A stretch of 64,000 bases of DNA. Source: an uncultured bacterium (GTDB lineage Bacteria; Bacteroidota; Bacteroidia; Chitinophagales; UBA10324). The stretch is taken from contig CAXBPY010000007.1 in the NCBI GenBank assembly GCA_963977675.1, forward strand, positions 297 to 64,296, read 5' to 3'. Under the pieces are notes generated by a model. That model was not told the DNA's origin, did not search any database, and saw only the letters and a list, made by a program, of their open reading frames with translations. The position numbers and the translations under genes were made by a program. Below, in pieces: positions 18,956 through 28,415 of the stretch (the first letter of the stretch is position 1; each line of letters begins with the position of its first letter).

Positions 18956-20582
18956 CCGTGATGCTGAATCGCATTTTCTTTTCCTCGCCGGGAGCGAGTT
19001 TCATTTTCCAACTCAGCTTTCCAGTTTCCTGTGTGTAAACAGCGCCACCTGCATCGTCGAGTGTAATCTTAATGTTGTTGTTTGCTGAGATGGGCACTTG
19101 TTCCATCACTTCAAGGTTTACATCAGTTGATTCATTGTTCTTCACTGTAACTTCATAAGTCACACTCTGGCGGTATTTGTCACCAATAAACTTTTCTTTA
19201 GTAAAGTCTTTTAGCTTCTCACGCTTTAATACAATCTTTTTATCGCGGCCCAAAGAAATATCGAGCGTATCCTTAGCCTGGTTTGCATAGATGTAACTCT
19301 GCCCAACATAACCTCCCTGAAAAAAAATATTTGCATTGCCATCGAGAAGGTTTAGTTTTTCCCAATCAGTAATGTGCATGTTCAGAAAAACATCTTCATC
19401 CAGGCGGGGAATAGAATAATAATCATAGGTTACCGTTAAATCGAAATCACCAATGTTCACCTGGTGAGCAACTGCATCACTCGGAATATTGGCCGCAAGT
19501 TTTATATCAAATTCTGTGGCAAGCGCACTTTGGTTTACCTGTGTGTATTGACTTGTTGTTTCATTTTCTTTTTTCGTTTTACCATTTGTTATGATTACTT
19601 CTTTCAAGGCATAATCCTGAGCAGCAGGCATCTTTTGTTTTTCAGCGGAATCGTATTTGTAATTTTCTCCATCCTGATCTTTGCCGTAATTATTGTAACC
19701 ACCATTGTAATAATCCATGAACCAGGTGCTGAATACGGGGCCACACGCGCCGGCGCTTGGGTTGCCTGTGCTAAGCGTGAGATGAATGTCCTTCCAGTCT
19801 TCGCCGGTGTTCTGCCACAGAGATGCTTTGTAATTCAGCTTCGCCGGATCGCCCACCTTATCACAACGAACATCATATTCCGGAGTCCAGCCTGCAGAAG
19901 GCACCATGTAATTCAATTCAAAAGTTGTGTTAAGTGCAGAACTTGTTTGCACCTGCACCCAAATTTCTCCGCTAGGTTGATTCTTCTTATTCATAAATTC
20001 AGAAACCTGCTGAGTGATTCTTGTTCTTGATTCAGCAAGTTTTTTTTCCTGGTTTTCATAGTCCATCCACTGAACTTTAAGTCCCCATTCCTTTTCGCTC
20101 ATGTAATCATAGTACTGCTTAACAGCTTCGAAATTCAAACCAGTGTTAGCGCCTGTTGTCTTTTTGTTATCATCAAGCATTGCCTGCTGCATCAGAATTA
20201 GTTCCTTGTGTTTGCTTATGGTCACAAGCTGCTGATCAATTTGTTCAATGGAGTCGGTCCACTTTTTTGTTTCTGCATTCAGTTCGTTTGGTTGAAGGTA
20301 ATTGAGTTTATACTGTACACTCATAATAAGAAGCTTGCTATCGCTTACTACATTTATTGTTTGTGAGTTGATGTTGCTCGGAAGTCCGGTGAAAACAACA
20401 TCAGTGTTCCCTGCTGCAAGGGAAGTCCTGGCGGTTCTGTCAATTTCTGCACCATTAAGATAAACAGTTGCAGATTGAATGTCGCTCTTAAGTTCTTGTT
20501 TCTTTTGGGCAAAACATTTCGCTAAGTTCAATGTGACAGTGAATAGAAGGAGTGAAACTGCAAGAAAAATTTTGTGTAGCAT
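18906..20582 (-). CDS. DUF4139 / MuiA-family-like secreted protein
   Basis: Signal peptide, then N-terminal ATVYLNGAEIDRTA...GNTDVVFTGLP typical of the DUF4140/DUF4139 family as I recall it. A central coiled-coil-like segment is followed by a beta-rich C-terminus. Confidence 0.65.
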   Translation of the reverse strand: MLHKIFLAVSLLLFTVTLNLAKCFAQKKQELKSDIQSATVYLNGAEIDRTARTSLAAGNTDVVFTGLPSNINSQTINVVSDSKLLIMSVQYKLNYLQPNELNAETKKWTDSIEQIDQQLVTISKHKELILMQQAMLDDNKKTTGANTGLNFEAVKQYYDYMSEKEWGLKVQWMDYENQEKKLAESRTRITQQVSEFMNKKNQPSGEIWVQVQTSSALNTTFELNYMVPSAGWTPEYDVRCDKVGDPAKLNYKASLWQNTGEDWKDIHLTLSTGNPSAGACGPVFSTWFMDYYNGGYNNYGKDQDGENYKYDSAEKQKMPAAQDYALKEVIITNGKTKKENETTSQYTQVNQSALATEFDIKLAANIPSDAVAHQVNIGDFDLTVTYDYYSIPRLDEDVFLNMHITDWEKLNLLDGNANIFFQGGYVGQSYIYANQAKDTLDISLGRDKKIVLKREKLKDFTKEKFIGDKYRQSVTYEVTVKNNESTDVNLEVMEQVPISANNNIKITLDDAGGAVYTQETGKLSWKMKLAPGEEKKMRFSITVEFPASIKNTVYCPRF

Positions 20583-20691
20583 AGATTAATTGTTTGCCCG
20601 ATAAGAGGGCGAAGAAAAGGAAATTCCATAAAGAAATTTATTTCCTTAGTGCGTGTAATAACTAACTAAGTTTTTCTTTTTGAAAATGAAA

Positions 20692-22230
20692 CTACTGAAT
20701 TATAACCGGCTTTGAATAAATTTTTCCGTTTAATATAATTTCTGTAAGGTAATAGCCCGCAGCAAGTTGAGCTGATGATTTTATTTTAATAAATGAAATT
20801 TCAGAATCAGGTTTATACTCATAGATAGAATATTTTTTTCCCGAAACATCTGAAAGTGTAATCAGAAGTGATTCTCCTTTTGCTCCTGTGATTTTTAGGT
20901 TAATGTTATCTGCAGTTGTTGGATTTGGTAAAACTTCGAAATCAAAACTCTTTGGCTGGTAATAAATGGTCTCAATCTGCGAGTAGTGAACTTCACGATT
21001 AAAATCAGTCTGGCGCAGCCTGTAATAACTGAAGCCGAAGAGCGGCTGCTCATCTACATCAGCATAATTAATTGTATGCGTGCTGTTGCCTGCTGCTTTT
21101 TGGCTGAGAAGATCTGTGAAATGAATTCCATCTGCAGAGCGTTCAATAGTGAAGTAATCACTGTTGAGTTCTGAGGCTGTGACCCATGTGAGATCAACAA
21201 CATCCTTGTTCAGCACAGCATCGAATGAAAGCAACTCTAGTGGAAGTGAGTAACCTGTCTGAGGAAACCCGATACCGTAATCCGAAGAAACATTGACTGC
21301 GGAGCGTTCCGCATGAACTGTTCCGCCACTTATATATTGTGTACTATTCACATGAGTGCCTTGCGATTGCCACGAGCTTCCGGAGTTCACTCTTTCAATT
21401 ACACCATAGATAGATGCTGGTGAGCTCATATTGGAAGCGCCTCTTTCATTCAGTTTCACGGTAAAGTTTCCACCCGTGAGTGAAGAATTGGGAGTGAGTG
21501 TCCAGTAACCATAATCAAGCATATCGGTTATTGGTGTTCCGTTTATTTTCAAACCGGCAGGAAGGCCTGTAGGATTTGGGATTGCATTCGTAAATTTTCC
21601 AAGCACATTATCAAATCCTGAAATGCTGTTAAGGTTAAGACTTGCAAGTTCGTAGTAGGACGAAGTTCCAACAGGAAAAAAATATTCACCCGAAGAGCTC
21701 ACACTTCTGCGTAAATTTCCAATGATATAACTGTTTTCAGAATAAGGATTGATAGCATTTGTAAGATTGTTTGTAACATTAACTTCATAAGATGATGTAG
21801 TGATATTTCCAGAAATGAGCCCGAGCGTTCCGGCAATACCTATTGTCTGACTGAGAGTAAATCCTGACGCGTTATTAAAATCTGCATCGAAGAAATCGCT
21901 TTCAACACTACCGCTGATATTCTGAACACTGCTTCCCCAGAAAGTTACTTTGCCTGCTTCGCTAAGAAATGATCCATTGTTTGTCCAGTTTTTCTTTATG
22001 TATTCATAACCTTCATTTATATGGTTGCCTGTTCCACTGTTAGTGAAAGATGCTTCAAACGAAACTGTAGTCCCTGAGCTTACATACATGGTTCCGATAT
22101 TGGTTGCATCTACCTGAGCAAATGATTCTTGAGAGAAATAAATCACAATGCTTATCAGGAGGCAAATTGTTTTTGCTTCTGTTGAATTGAATTTTGTTTT
22201 AAAGAAACCGGATTGTAGAATTCTTATCAT
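20692..22230 (-). CDS. Secreted protein with T9SS type-A C-terminal sorting domain
   Basis: Signal peptide. C-terminal FEVLPNPTT..INLKI...LSDVSGKK...LAAGYYLTEIILNGKIYSKPVIIQ matches the Por-secretion-tail pattern. Confidence 0.75.
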   Translation of the reverse strand: MIRILQSGFFKTKFNSTEAKTICLLISIVIYFSQESFAQVDATNIGTMYVSSGTTVSFEASFTNSGTGNHINEGYEYIKKNWTNNGSFLSEAGKVTFWGSSVQNISGSVESDFFDADFNNASGFTLSQTIGIAGTLGLISGNITTSSYEVNVTNNLTNAINPYSENSYIIGNLRRSVSSSGEYFFPVGTSSYYELASLNLNSISGFDNVLGKFTNAIPNPTGLPAGLKINGTPITDMLDYGYWTLTPNSSLTGGNFTVKLNERGASNMSSPASIYGVIERVNSGSSWQSQGTHVNSTQYISGGTVHAERSAVNVSSDYGIGFPQTGYSLPLELLSFDAVLNKDVVDLTWVTASELNSDYFTIERSADGIHFTDLLSQKAAGNSTHTINYADVDEQPLFGFSYYRLRQTDFNREVHYSQIETIYYQPKSFDFEVLPNPTTADNINLKITGAKGESLLITLSDVSGKKYSIYEYKPDSEISFIKIKSSAQLAAGYYLTEIILNGKIYSKPVIIQ

Positions 22231-22253
22231 TCAATTTTTTATTTCTTCAGCAA

Positions 22254-24008
22254 TTAGTTAGTGGTTGCTTTTATTACAGCAAATCGGATTACGATAGCTT
22301 CTGACAACGATCCTGCAGTGTTATTTCTGACAGTGATTTTAAAAGAACCTGCGGCCATGGTATTAGCAGTTACAGTGTAAGCGCCAATTGTTCCGCCTGA
22401 ATCATGTTGAGTAATAATTACATCATTAGCTGCAACGCTTGAATTGGTAACAGTAAATGAGACAATAGTTGCGGATGCAAGTGCGGCATTATTCATAGTA
22501 ATAGTTCCACAATTCTTATTAAGAGTAACACCAGTTGATTTACTCGTTATTTGTGTTACAGTTCCGCCAGCGCCAGTCGCATATCCGATTCCGGAAGTTG
22601 CAGATGTGCTGGTGATACCGCCAACGACCTGAAGTGTAGTTCCCGGGGTTGTGGTTCCAATTCCAACACTTGATGTGCTTCCATAAACAGTCATTACAGT
22701 TGCAGGAGAGTTATCAGCAGTTCCGGAAGAGCCCGCAGCTGCTATCTTGAAATAGATATTTGAATAACCGGTTCCTGTCGATGTTCCGGCAGATAGGTTA
22801 AGATCACCACCATTCAAATTTGTTCCACCGCTATACGCTCCTCCAGATTGAAGTGTTAAATTATTTCCTGCATTACCTGAAGTGGTATGACGCTCCATCC
22901 AGATAGTTCTTGCAGCTTGACCGTCAAAACTCAGAGAGTTTGAGGGAGATGAAACACCAATTCCAACTTTCACCAAGTTGACACCTGAACCGCCAAGCAC
23001 AAGGCAATTGCTTGATCCTACAGAGGCGCTGTAACCGATAGCTGTTGCATTCGAAAGGTTATTTGATGCTGCATCTGCATTACTTCCTACAAAAGTGTTG
23101 TTACTTCCGGTTGTGTTGGTTGATCCTGCTGTATATCCAATACCAGTGTTATAGCTTCCGGTTGTAAGCGTGCTCAATGCATTATATCCACTTGCAACAT
23201 TTCTTCCTCCGGTAGTGCAGAGTCTTAAACCATTTACACCAATTGCTGCATTATACACTCCTGTAGTATTAGTATAAAGTGCATTTTGACCACAAGCTGA
23301 GTTTCCATTTCCGCTAGTATTGGAATAAAGTGAGTTGGACCCCATTGCAGTATTTTGTCCTCCTGTTGTGTTTGCATACAAAGCATTCATTCCAGAAGCT
23401 GCGTTATCAAATCCAGTTGTGTTTGATTTCAATGAACCATAACCCATTGCTGAATTATTAAAACCTGTGGTATTTGCTTGTAATGCGTTCCATCCAAATG
23501 ACGCATTTGAAGTTCCGGAAGTATTAGCCGCTCCTGCATTGTATCCAAAGAATGTACTTCCGTTGTAGGTGTTTACATTCCCTGAATGATAGCCAAAATT
23601 GGTTGTACCTTCAGTTGAATTACCAATTCTTCCGGCTACTCCATTGTTTACTCTAATGTTAAATGCAACATCATCTGTTGTTCCAATGAAATTGGTTCCA
23701 TCAACAGTTCCATCGTTTCCTGTAATTGTCCAGCCAACCCTGGAAATCAGTGGTAGCCACTGCGTGCCATCGTAGTAATAAAAACCATTTGTACCATCTG
23801 TTTGATAAACTAATAAACCTGTAGCAGGAGAGGAGATGGCGTTTTTCTGAGCATCAGTCATTCTTGGAGCAAGCATTCCCTTTGTTGTTGAGGTTAAATC
23901 AAGAATTGATGTTGAATTAGGGGTTGTGGTACCAACCCCAACCTGCGCCCTTGCACTACCGAGAGAAAATCCTGTTAGTAAAATAATTAGTGTAAAATTT
24001 CTAATCAT
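22254..24008 (-). CDS. Secreted fibre-like protein with YadA-head / tail-fibre-like 14-residue repeats
   Basis: Start taken at MIRNFTLIILLTGFSLGSARA (signal peptide). A long run of NT[ST]G..N[ST]A.G..[AS]L repeats is followed by a Gly-rich repeat region and a beta-rich C-terminal domain. No T9SS CTD or autotransporter anchor is seen. Confidence 0.7.
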   Translation of the reverse strand: MIRNFTLIILLTGFSLGSARAQVGVGTTTPNSTSILDLTSTTKGMLAPRMTDAQKNAISSPATGLLVYQTDGTNGFYYYDGTQWLPLISRVGWTITGNDGTVDGTNFIGTTDDVAFNIRVNNGVAGRIGNSTEGTTNFGYHSGNVNTYNGSTFFGYNAGAANTSGTSNASFGWNALQANTTGFNNSAMGYGSLKSNTTGFDNAASGMNALYANTTGGQNTAMGSNSLYSNTSGNGNSACGQNALYTNTTGVYNAAIGVNGLRLCTTGGRNVASGYNALSTLTTGSYNTGIGYTAGSTNTTGSNNTFVGSNADAASNNLSNATAIGYSASVGSSNCLVLGGSGVNLVKVGIGVSSPSNSLSFDGQAARTIWMERHTTSGNAGNNLTLQSGGAYSGGTNLNGGDLNLSAGTSTGTGYSNIYFKIAAAGSSGTADNSPATVMTVYGSTSSVGIGTTTPGTTLQVVGGITSTSATSGIGYATGAGGTVTQITSKSTGVTLNKNCGTITMNNAALASATIVSFTVTNSSVAANDVIITQHDSGGTIGAYTVTANTMAAGSFKITVRNNTAGSLSEAIVIRFAVIKATTN

Positions 24009-24223
24009 ACTTACTCGGTTTAATGAGGAATGCGTTATACCTCTTCGCTTCGATTTTGTTGCTTGTTTCGGAAAATATTTTTTCAAACTATTCCCGTTAA
24101 GCTTATTTTTTTCCTTTTCAGCTTTTATAATTTCTTGTTCAGTGCTTCTCGCCAATCCGCTGACAATCGGGGTTGTCAATTAAATTTTTGATCATAATTA
24201 GAGAGTATCTTTAACATAGCGCC

Positions 24224-24772
24224 ATGAAAATTTATACCAAGAAAGGAGATACCGGAACCACTCAATTAATTGGTGGAACCCGAGTTTCGAAAAACAATAT
24301 CCGAATTGAATCTTACGGAACAATAGATGAACTTAATTCTTACATCGGGCTTACCCGAGATTACACAAGCGATACGCAGACAAAAAATTTTCTCAAAGAA
24401 ATCCAAGATCGCTTATTCACTATCGGGTCATCACTTGCAAGTGATCCTGAAAAATCGAGAATGAAAATTCCAGATCTTAAAACAGAAGATGTGGCTTTGC
24501 TTGAAAAGGAAATTGACAGAATGAATGATTTGTTGCCAGAAATGAAAAATTTTATTTTACCAGGCGGAACTCCCGGAAATTCCATTTGTCATATTGCTCG
24601 TTGTGTATGCCGCCGCTCTGAAAGATTGATTGTAGCCTTAGCAGAAATAGAAACTACAGAACCACTGATTTTACAATACATAAATCGGTTGTCAGATTAC
24701 TTGTTTGTGTTGTCAAGAAAAATATCGAAAGATGAAAATGCGGAAGAGGTCTCATGGAAACCACGACTGTAA
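24224..24772 (+). CDS. PduO-type ATP:cob(I)alamin adenosyltransferase
   Basis: Canonical N-terminus MKIYTKKGDTGTT, ~180 aa, helical-bundle-type sequence. Confidence 0.85.
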   Translation: MKIYTKKGDTGTTQLIGGTRVSKNNIRIESYGTIDELNSYIGLTRDYTSDTQTKNFLKEIQDRLFTIGSSLASDPEKSRMKIPDLKTEDVALLEKEIDRMNDLLPEMKNFILPGGTPGNSICHIARCVCRRSERLIVALAEIETTEPLILQYINRLSDYLFVLSRKISKDENAEEVSWKPRL

Positions 24773-24871
24773 AGCATTTCAAACTATTAACAATCTCCAC
24801 TTTTCAGAAGTAAAATTTCATTTTGATTTATCATTCATAAAAATACTTTTGCGGAAAAATCAGACCTATAA

Positions 24872-25093
24872 ATGTTTTGGACTCTTGAATTAGCATCTCA
24901 TCTTGAAGAAGCGCCGTGGCCTGCGACCAAGGATGAACTAATAGATTATGTAATCAGAAGCGGGGCACCGCAGGAGGTGGTTGAAAACCTTCAAGAGCTC
25001 GAAGACGAAAACGAAATGTATGAAAGCATTGAAGACATCTGGCCTGATTACCCAACACAGGAAGATTTCTTTTTCAACGAAGATGAATACTAA
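24872..25093 (+). CDS. Small acidic DUF2795-like protein
   Basis: WPATKDELIDYVIRSGAPQEVVENLQEL resembles the DUF2795 pattern. A strong terminator follows. Confidence 0.6.
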   Translation: MFWTLELASHLEEAPWPATKDELIDYVIRSGAPQEVVENLQELEDENEMYESIEDIWPDYPTQEDFFFNEDEY

Positions 25094-25116
25094 GTAATTC
25101 AACTCTTATTTAAGAA

Positions 25117-25148
25117 AGCGAAACATATTTCTGTTTCGCTTTTTTATT
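25117..25148 (+). terminator. Rho-independent terminator
   Basis: 9-bp stem agcgaaaca (25117-25125) / tgtttcgct (25132-25140), a 6-nt loop, then TTTTTATT. Confidence 0.8.
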
Positions 25149-25179
25149 GATAACTTGATTCAATGAAATCACCTATCAC

Positions 25180-25209
25180 TTTGCAATTTAACCTCGCTGG
25201 TTATATTTG
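25180..25209 (+). promoter_or_regulatory. Bacteroidota sigma-A type promoter for rpsF-rpsR-rplI
   Basis: TTTG at 25180-25183, an 18-nt spacer, then TATATTTG (TAnnTTTG) at 25202-25209. This lies ~30 nt upstream of the rpsF ATG. Confidence 0.5.
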
Positions 25210-25239
25210 CCGTCCCTTAAAAAAAGGCCTACACGAATA

Positions 25240-25638
25240 ATGGTAAATCAATACGAAACAGTTATAATTTTCTCACCTATTTTGAGTGAAGATGAACTGA
25301 AAAAAGAAGTTAAGAAATTTAAAAAAATGCTTGAAGATGGAGGAGCGTCTATCATCGAAGAAAGAAGTTGGGGATTGCGCCAACTAGCATATCCAATCAA
25401 AGCGAAGTCTAATGGAATTTATTACATCATAGAATTTAATGGTGATGGCAACCTGATTTCAAAACTTGAAGTTGAATATAAACGCGATGAAAATATTCTC
25501 CGTTTTCTCACAACCTCACTTGATAAATTTGGTGTGGACTATAACAACAGACGCCGTGCGGGTTTAGTAGGCAAAGAAAGAAAAGCACGCGAAGCAGCTG
25601 TAAAATCAATTAAAGAATCAACAACACTGGAAGCATAA
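25240..25638 (+). CDS. rpsF: 30S ribosomal protein S6
   Basis: [13 protein letters not shown]...[12 protein letters not shown] is typical of S6. The TTG at 25207 in the ORF track lies inside the promoter -7 box and is rejected. Confidence 0.9.
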   Translation: MVNQYETVIIFSPILSEDELKKEVKKFKKMLEDGGASIIEERSWGLRQLAYPIKAKSNGIYYIIEFNGDGNLISKLEVEYKRDENILRFLTTSLDKFGVDYNNRRRAGLVGKERKAREAAVKSIKESTTLEA

Positions 25639-25642
25639 AAAA

Positions 25643-25912
25643 ATGGCAGCACCAAAAAAAGATATCAAATACCTATCTGCTCAGAAGCAGATGAAGCGCC
25701 CTAAGAAATATTGCCGCTTTAAAAAATACGGTATCAAATACATTGACTACAAGGAAACTGAATTTTTGATGAACTTCATTAATGAGCAGGGAAAACTTCT
25801 TCCGCGCCGCATTACTGGTAATAGTCTTAAATACCAACGAAAAGTTGCTCAGGCGATTAAGCGCGCAAGGCAATTAGCGTTACTTCCTTATGTAGCTGAT
25901 CTTTTAAAATAA
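25643..25912 (+). CDS. rpsR: 30S ribosomal protein S18
   Basis: KYCRF...IDYK....L..FI...[10 protein letters not shown]......[18 protein letters not shown] pattern. Confidence 0.9.
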   Translation: MAAPKKDIKYLSAQKQMKRPKKYCRFKKYGIKYIDYKETEFLMNFINEQGKLLPRRITGNSLKYQRKVAQAIKRARQLALLPYVADLLK

Positions 25913-25921
25913 TAACAAGTC

Positions 25922-26368
25922 ATGAATGTAATTTTAACACAAGATGTAGATAAGCTGGGCAAGGAAGGCGAACTGGTAAAAGTCCGCCCTGGTTTTGGCA
26001 GAAATTTTTTATTACCTAAACGGTTGGCTGTAACTGCCTCCGCAGCTGCATTAAAAGACTTCGAAGAAAAGAAAAAGCAAGACTCTCGTCGCGAAGAAAA
26101 AATGATGAAAGAAATCACCAAGTATGTTGATGTGTTGAAAGACACTATTTTCAAGATTGGTGTTAAAGCTGGAACTTCAGGAAAATTATTTGGAACTGTA
26201 ACCACACATCAGCTGGCTGCAGCTATAAAAGCACAGAAAAATATTTCTATTGATAGAAAAAAAATATCAATACCTGAAGAAGTTAAAACTGTTGGAACCT
26301 TTACCGCAAATATTGATTTGCATAAAGACCTCAATGTAACTGTGAATTTCGAAGTAGTGGCTGAGTAA
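25922..26368 (+). CDS. rplI: 50S ribosomal protein L9
   Basis: MNVILTQDVDKLGKEGELVKVRPGFGRNFLLPKRLA N-terminal domain; 148 aa. Confidence 0.9.
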   Translation: MNVILTQDVDKLGKEGELVKVRPGFGRNFLLPKRLAVTASAAALKDFEEKKKQDSRREEKMMKEITKYVDVLKDTIFKIGVKAGTSGKLFGTVTTHQLAAAIKAQKNISIDRKKISIPEEVKTVGTFTANIDLHKDLNVTVNFEVVAE

Positions 26369-26388
26369 TAGTTTCTAAATGAAATATG

Positions 26389-26425
26389 AAATCCCGGTTG
26401 TTGGTACAATCGGGATTTTTTGTTT
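26389..26425 (+). terminator. Rho-independent terminator of the rpsF operon
   Basis: Stem aaatcccggttg / caatcgggattt with loop ttggta, followed by a T-run (tttttgtttt). Confidence 0.8.
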
Positions 26426-26486
26426 TCAATAGGATTGAATTCCGGAAAACATCGTTCACGCAAGTTTATTATTGCATTTAATCAAT

Positions 26487-28415
26487 ATGAGCAAAAAGAA
26501 AAAGCAAGAAGACAAATCGCAACCTAAGAAAAAACAACAAGCGTTCAGAATTGACAAGAGAAAAATTCTGGCAGCGCTTGGAGGAATTCTTGGGCTCACT
26601 TTTATAGTTTATTGGCAAAGTACTTCTAATGGTTTTGTCAACCTTGACGATGACCGATATATAACTAATAACCCGCTCATCCTTCATGTTGATCCAAAAT
26701 TATTTTTCTCTAAACTGCAATGGATGGGTAACTATCATCCACTTGTTCTTTGGGTTTATTCAATCATCTATTCTGTAGCTGAACTAACCCCCTCAGCCTA
26801 TCACCGCGTTGAACTATGTTTTCACTTGCTTAATACCTCGCTCGTTTTATTCGTAATACTTGAATTAACTTCATTATTTGAGATTGCGGTAGTAGTTAGT
26901 ATGTTGTTCGGTATTTCTCCAATGCATGTAGAATCGGTTGCATGGATAAGCGAACTTAAGGATTTAATGTACACTGCTGGATTCCTTGGATCTGCATATA
27001 TGTATATTCGATATGTTCGATCAGATTTTAAACGGAAATTTTTTATATGGAGTATTATTTTCTTTTTTCTTTCGGTATTATCAAAAGGCATGGGAGTTTC
27101 TCTCCCGATTGTGTTGTTGCTTATTGATTATTATTTGGGAAGAAAAATTACGCGAAGTGTAGTGGCTGAAAAAATTCCATTCTTTGTGCTCTCACTGATT
27201 TTCGGAATTGTTGCAATAAAGGCGCAGCAAGAGTTGGGTGCTGTTCAGGATCTTGCTGTGTATAGTTTCCCACAGAGAATTGTATTTGCATGCTATGCTT
27301 TCATTACTTACATCTGGAAATGTATTGTTCCTGTTCATCTAAGCGCTTACTATGGTTATCCAGTTAAAACAGGTAATACTATTGATAAGATTTATTATCT
27401 CTATTTGCCAGCTGTTATCGCCTTGCTCACTATAGTTTTTCTTTCAGTTAAGCGAACAAGAAAACTTTTTTTTGGTATTGGTTTTTATTCAGTCACGGTT
27501 GCTTTGGTACTTCAGTTATTACCCGTTGGTGGCTGCATAATTGCAGATAGATATTCCTACATACCCAGCATCGGTATCTTTATGTTAGTGGCCTGGTTGC
27601 TATTTGAAATTTATCAAAAGTCTTCAGCCATGAAAATCACTGCCATAACCTTATTTGCGATCATGACGGTTGCTTACTCATATATGACTTTTGAAAGAAC
27701 TAAAGTATGGAAGGATGGGCTTGCTTTATGGGGCGATGCAATTGAAAAAGGAACACTTTCTGCGATTGCCTACAACAATCATGGTGTGTTATTAAAGTTA
27801 GATGGAAAATTAAACGAAGCAATGGCTGATTACAAGAATGCTTTGAAACTGAATCCCAGAAATGAAGATAGCTGGAGTAACATTGGACTAATCTATTGGC
27901 AGCTTGGATTACCCTTCACAAAGAAGGCCGATTCATTATTCAGCATTGCTTACAAGACTGCCATTAATCAATCTGACTTTGATAAAACCGAACCAAATTC
28001 TGTTGCGGCAATGGCAAAATTTTATAATCCGGAACACAAGGACAGATTCATTGAAACCACTCTGCAAAATGCTTTTAAATGTTTTCATGAAGGAATAAAA
28101 TGTAAAGATTCTGTTGAGCTTTATTTTGCAAATGCAACTGCCAATCTTGATACTGCTATTGCAATCAGCCCTGATTTTGCAACTGCCTACGAAAACCGTG
28201 GAAGCGTTCGATCAACGATGGGAGATCAGCAAGGCGCAATAGCAGATTACACAAAAGCGATTCAACTTGATCCAAATTTTAGTGACCCGTTATATAACCG
28301 TGGCCTTGTATATTACAAACTTGGAAGAAAAAATGAAGCATGTGCCGATCTTAACAGCGCGGCCCAACTTGGTCATCAGACTGCACGAAGAGCATTGAAT
28401 GATTTGTGCAAGTGA
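26487..28415 (+). CDS. TMTC-like polytopic membrane protein (GT-C / DUF1736-like) with C-terminal TPR repeats
   Basis: The N-terminal ~400 aa has ~10 TM helices, with YHRVELCFHLLNT and SPMHVESVAWISELKDL recalling the DUF1736/PMT_2 region of TMTC-type mannosyltransferases. The C-terminal ~230 aa holds TPR units (AYNNHGVLL...AMADYKNALKLNP; AIADYTKAIQLDP). Confidence 0.7.
   Translation: MSKKKKQEDKSQPKKKQQAFRIDKRKILAALGGILGLTFIVYWQSTSNGFVNLDDDRYITNNPLILHVDPKLFFSKLQWMGNYHPLVLWVYSIIYSVAELTPSAYHRVELCFHLLNTSLVLFVILELTSLFEIAVVVSMLFGISPMHVESVAWISELKDLMYTAGFLGSAYMYIRYVRSDFKRKFFIWSIIFFFLSVLSKGMGVSLPIVLLLIDYYLGRKITRSVVAEKIPFFVLSLIFGIVAIKAQQELGAVQDLAVYSFPQRIVFACYAFITYIWKCIVPVHLSAYYGYPVKTGNTIDKIYYLYLPAVIALLTIVFLSVKRTRKLFFGIGFYSVTVALVLQLLPVGGCIIADRYSYIPSIGIFMLVAWLLFEIYQKSSAMKITAITLFAIMTVAYSYMTFERTKVWKDGLALWGDAIEKGTLSAIAYNNHGVLLKLDGKLNEAMADYKNALKLNPRNEDSWSNIGLIYWQLGLPFTKKADSLFSIAYKTAINQSDFDKTEPNSVAAMAKFYNPEHKDRFIETTLQNAFKCFHEGIKCKDSVELYFANATANLDTAIAISPDFATAYENRGSVRSTMGDQQGAIADYTKAIQLDPNFSDPLYNRGLVYYKLGRKNEACADLNSAAQLGHQTARRALNDLCK

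Noticed and set aside
19464-20030. 188-aa plus-strand ORF antisense to the DUF4139-like gene.
   Set aside because: Fully embedded antisense to a well-supported gene, with low-complexity Ile/Phe/Cys-rich sequence and no start context. Judged spurious.
25888-26463. Antisense ORFs opposite rplI (25888-26205, 26209-26463) and opposite rpsR (25673-25873).
   Set aside because: Embedded antisense to ribosomal protein genes, with no independent signals.
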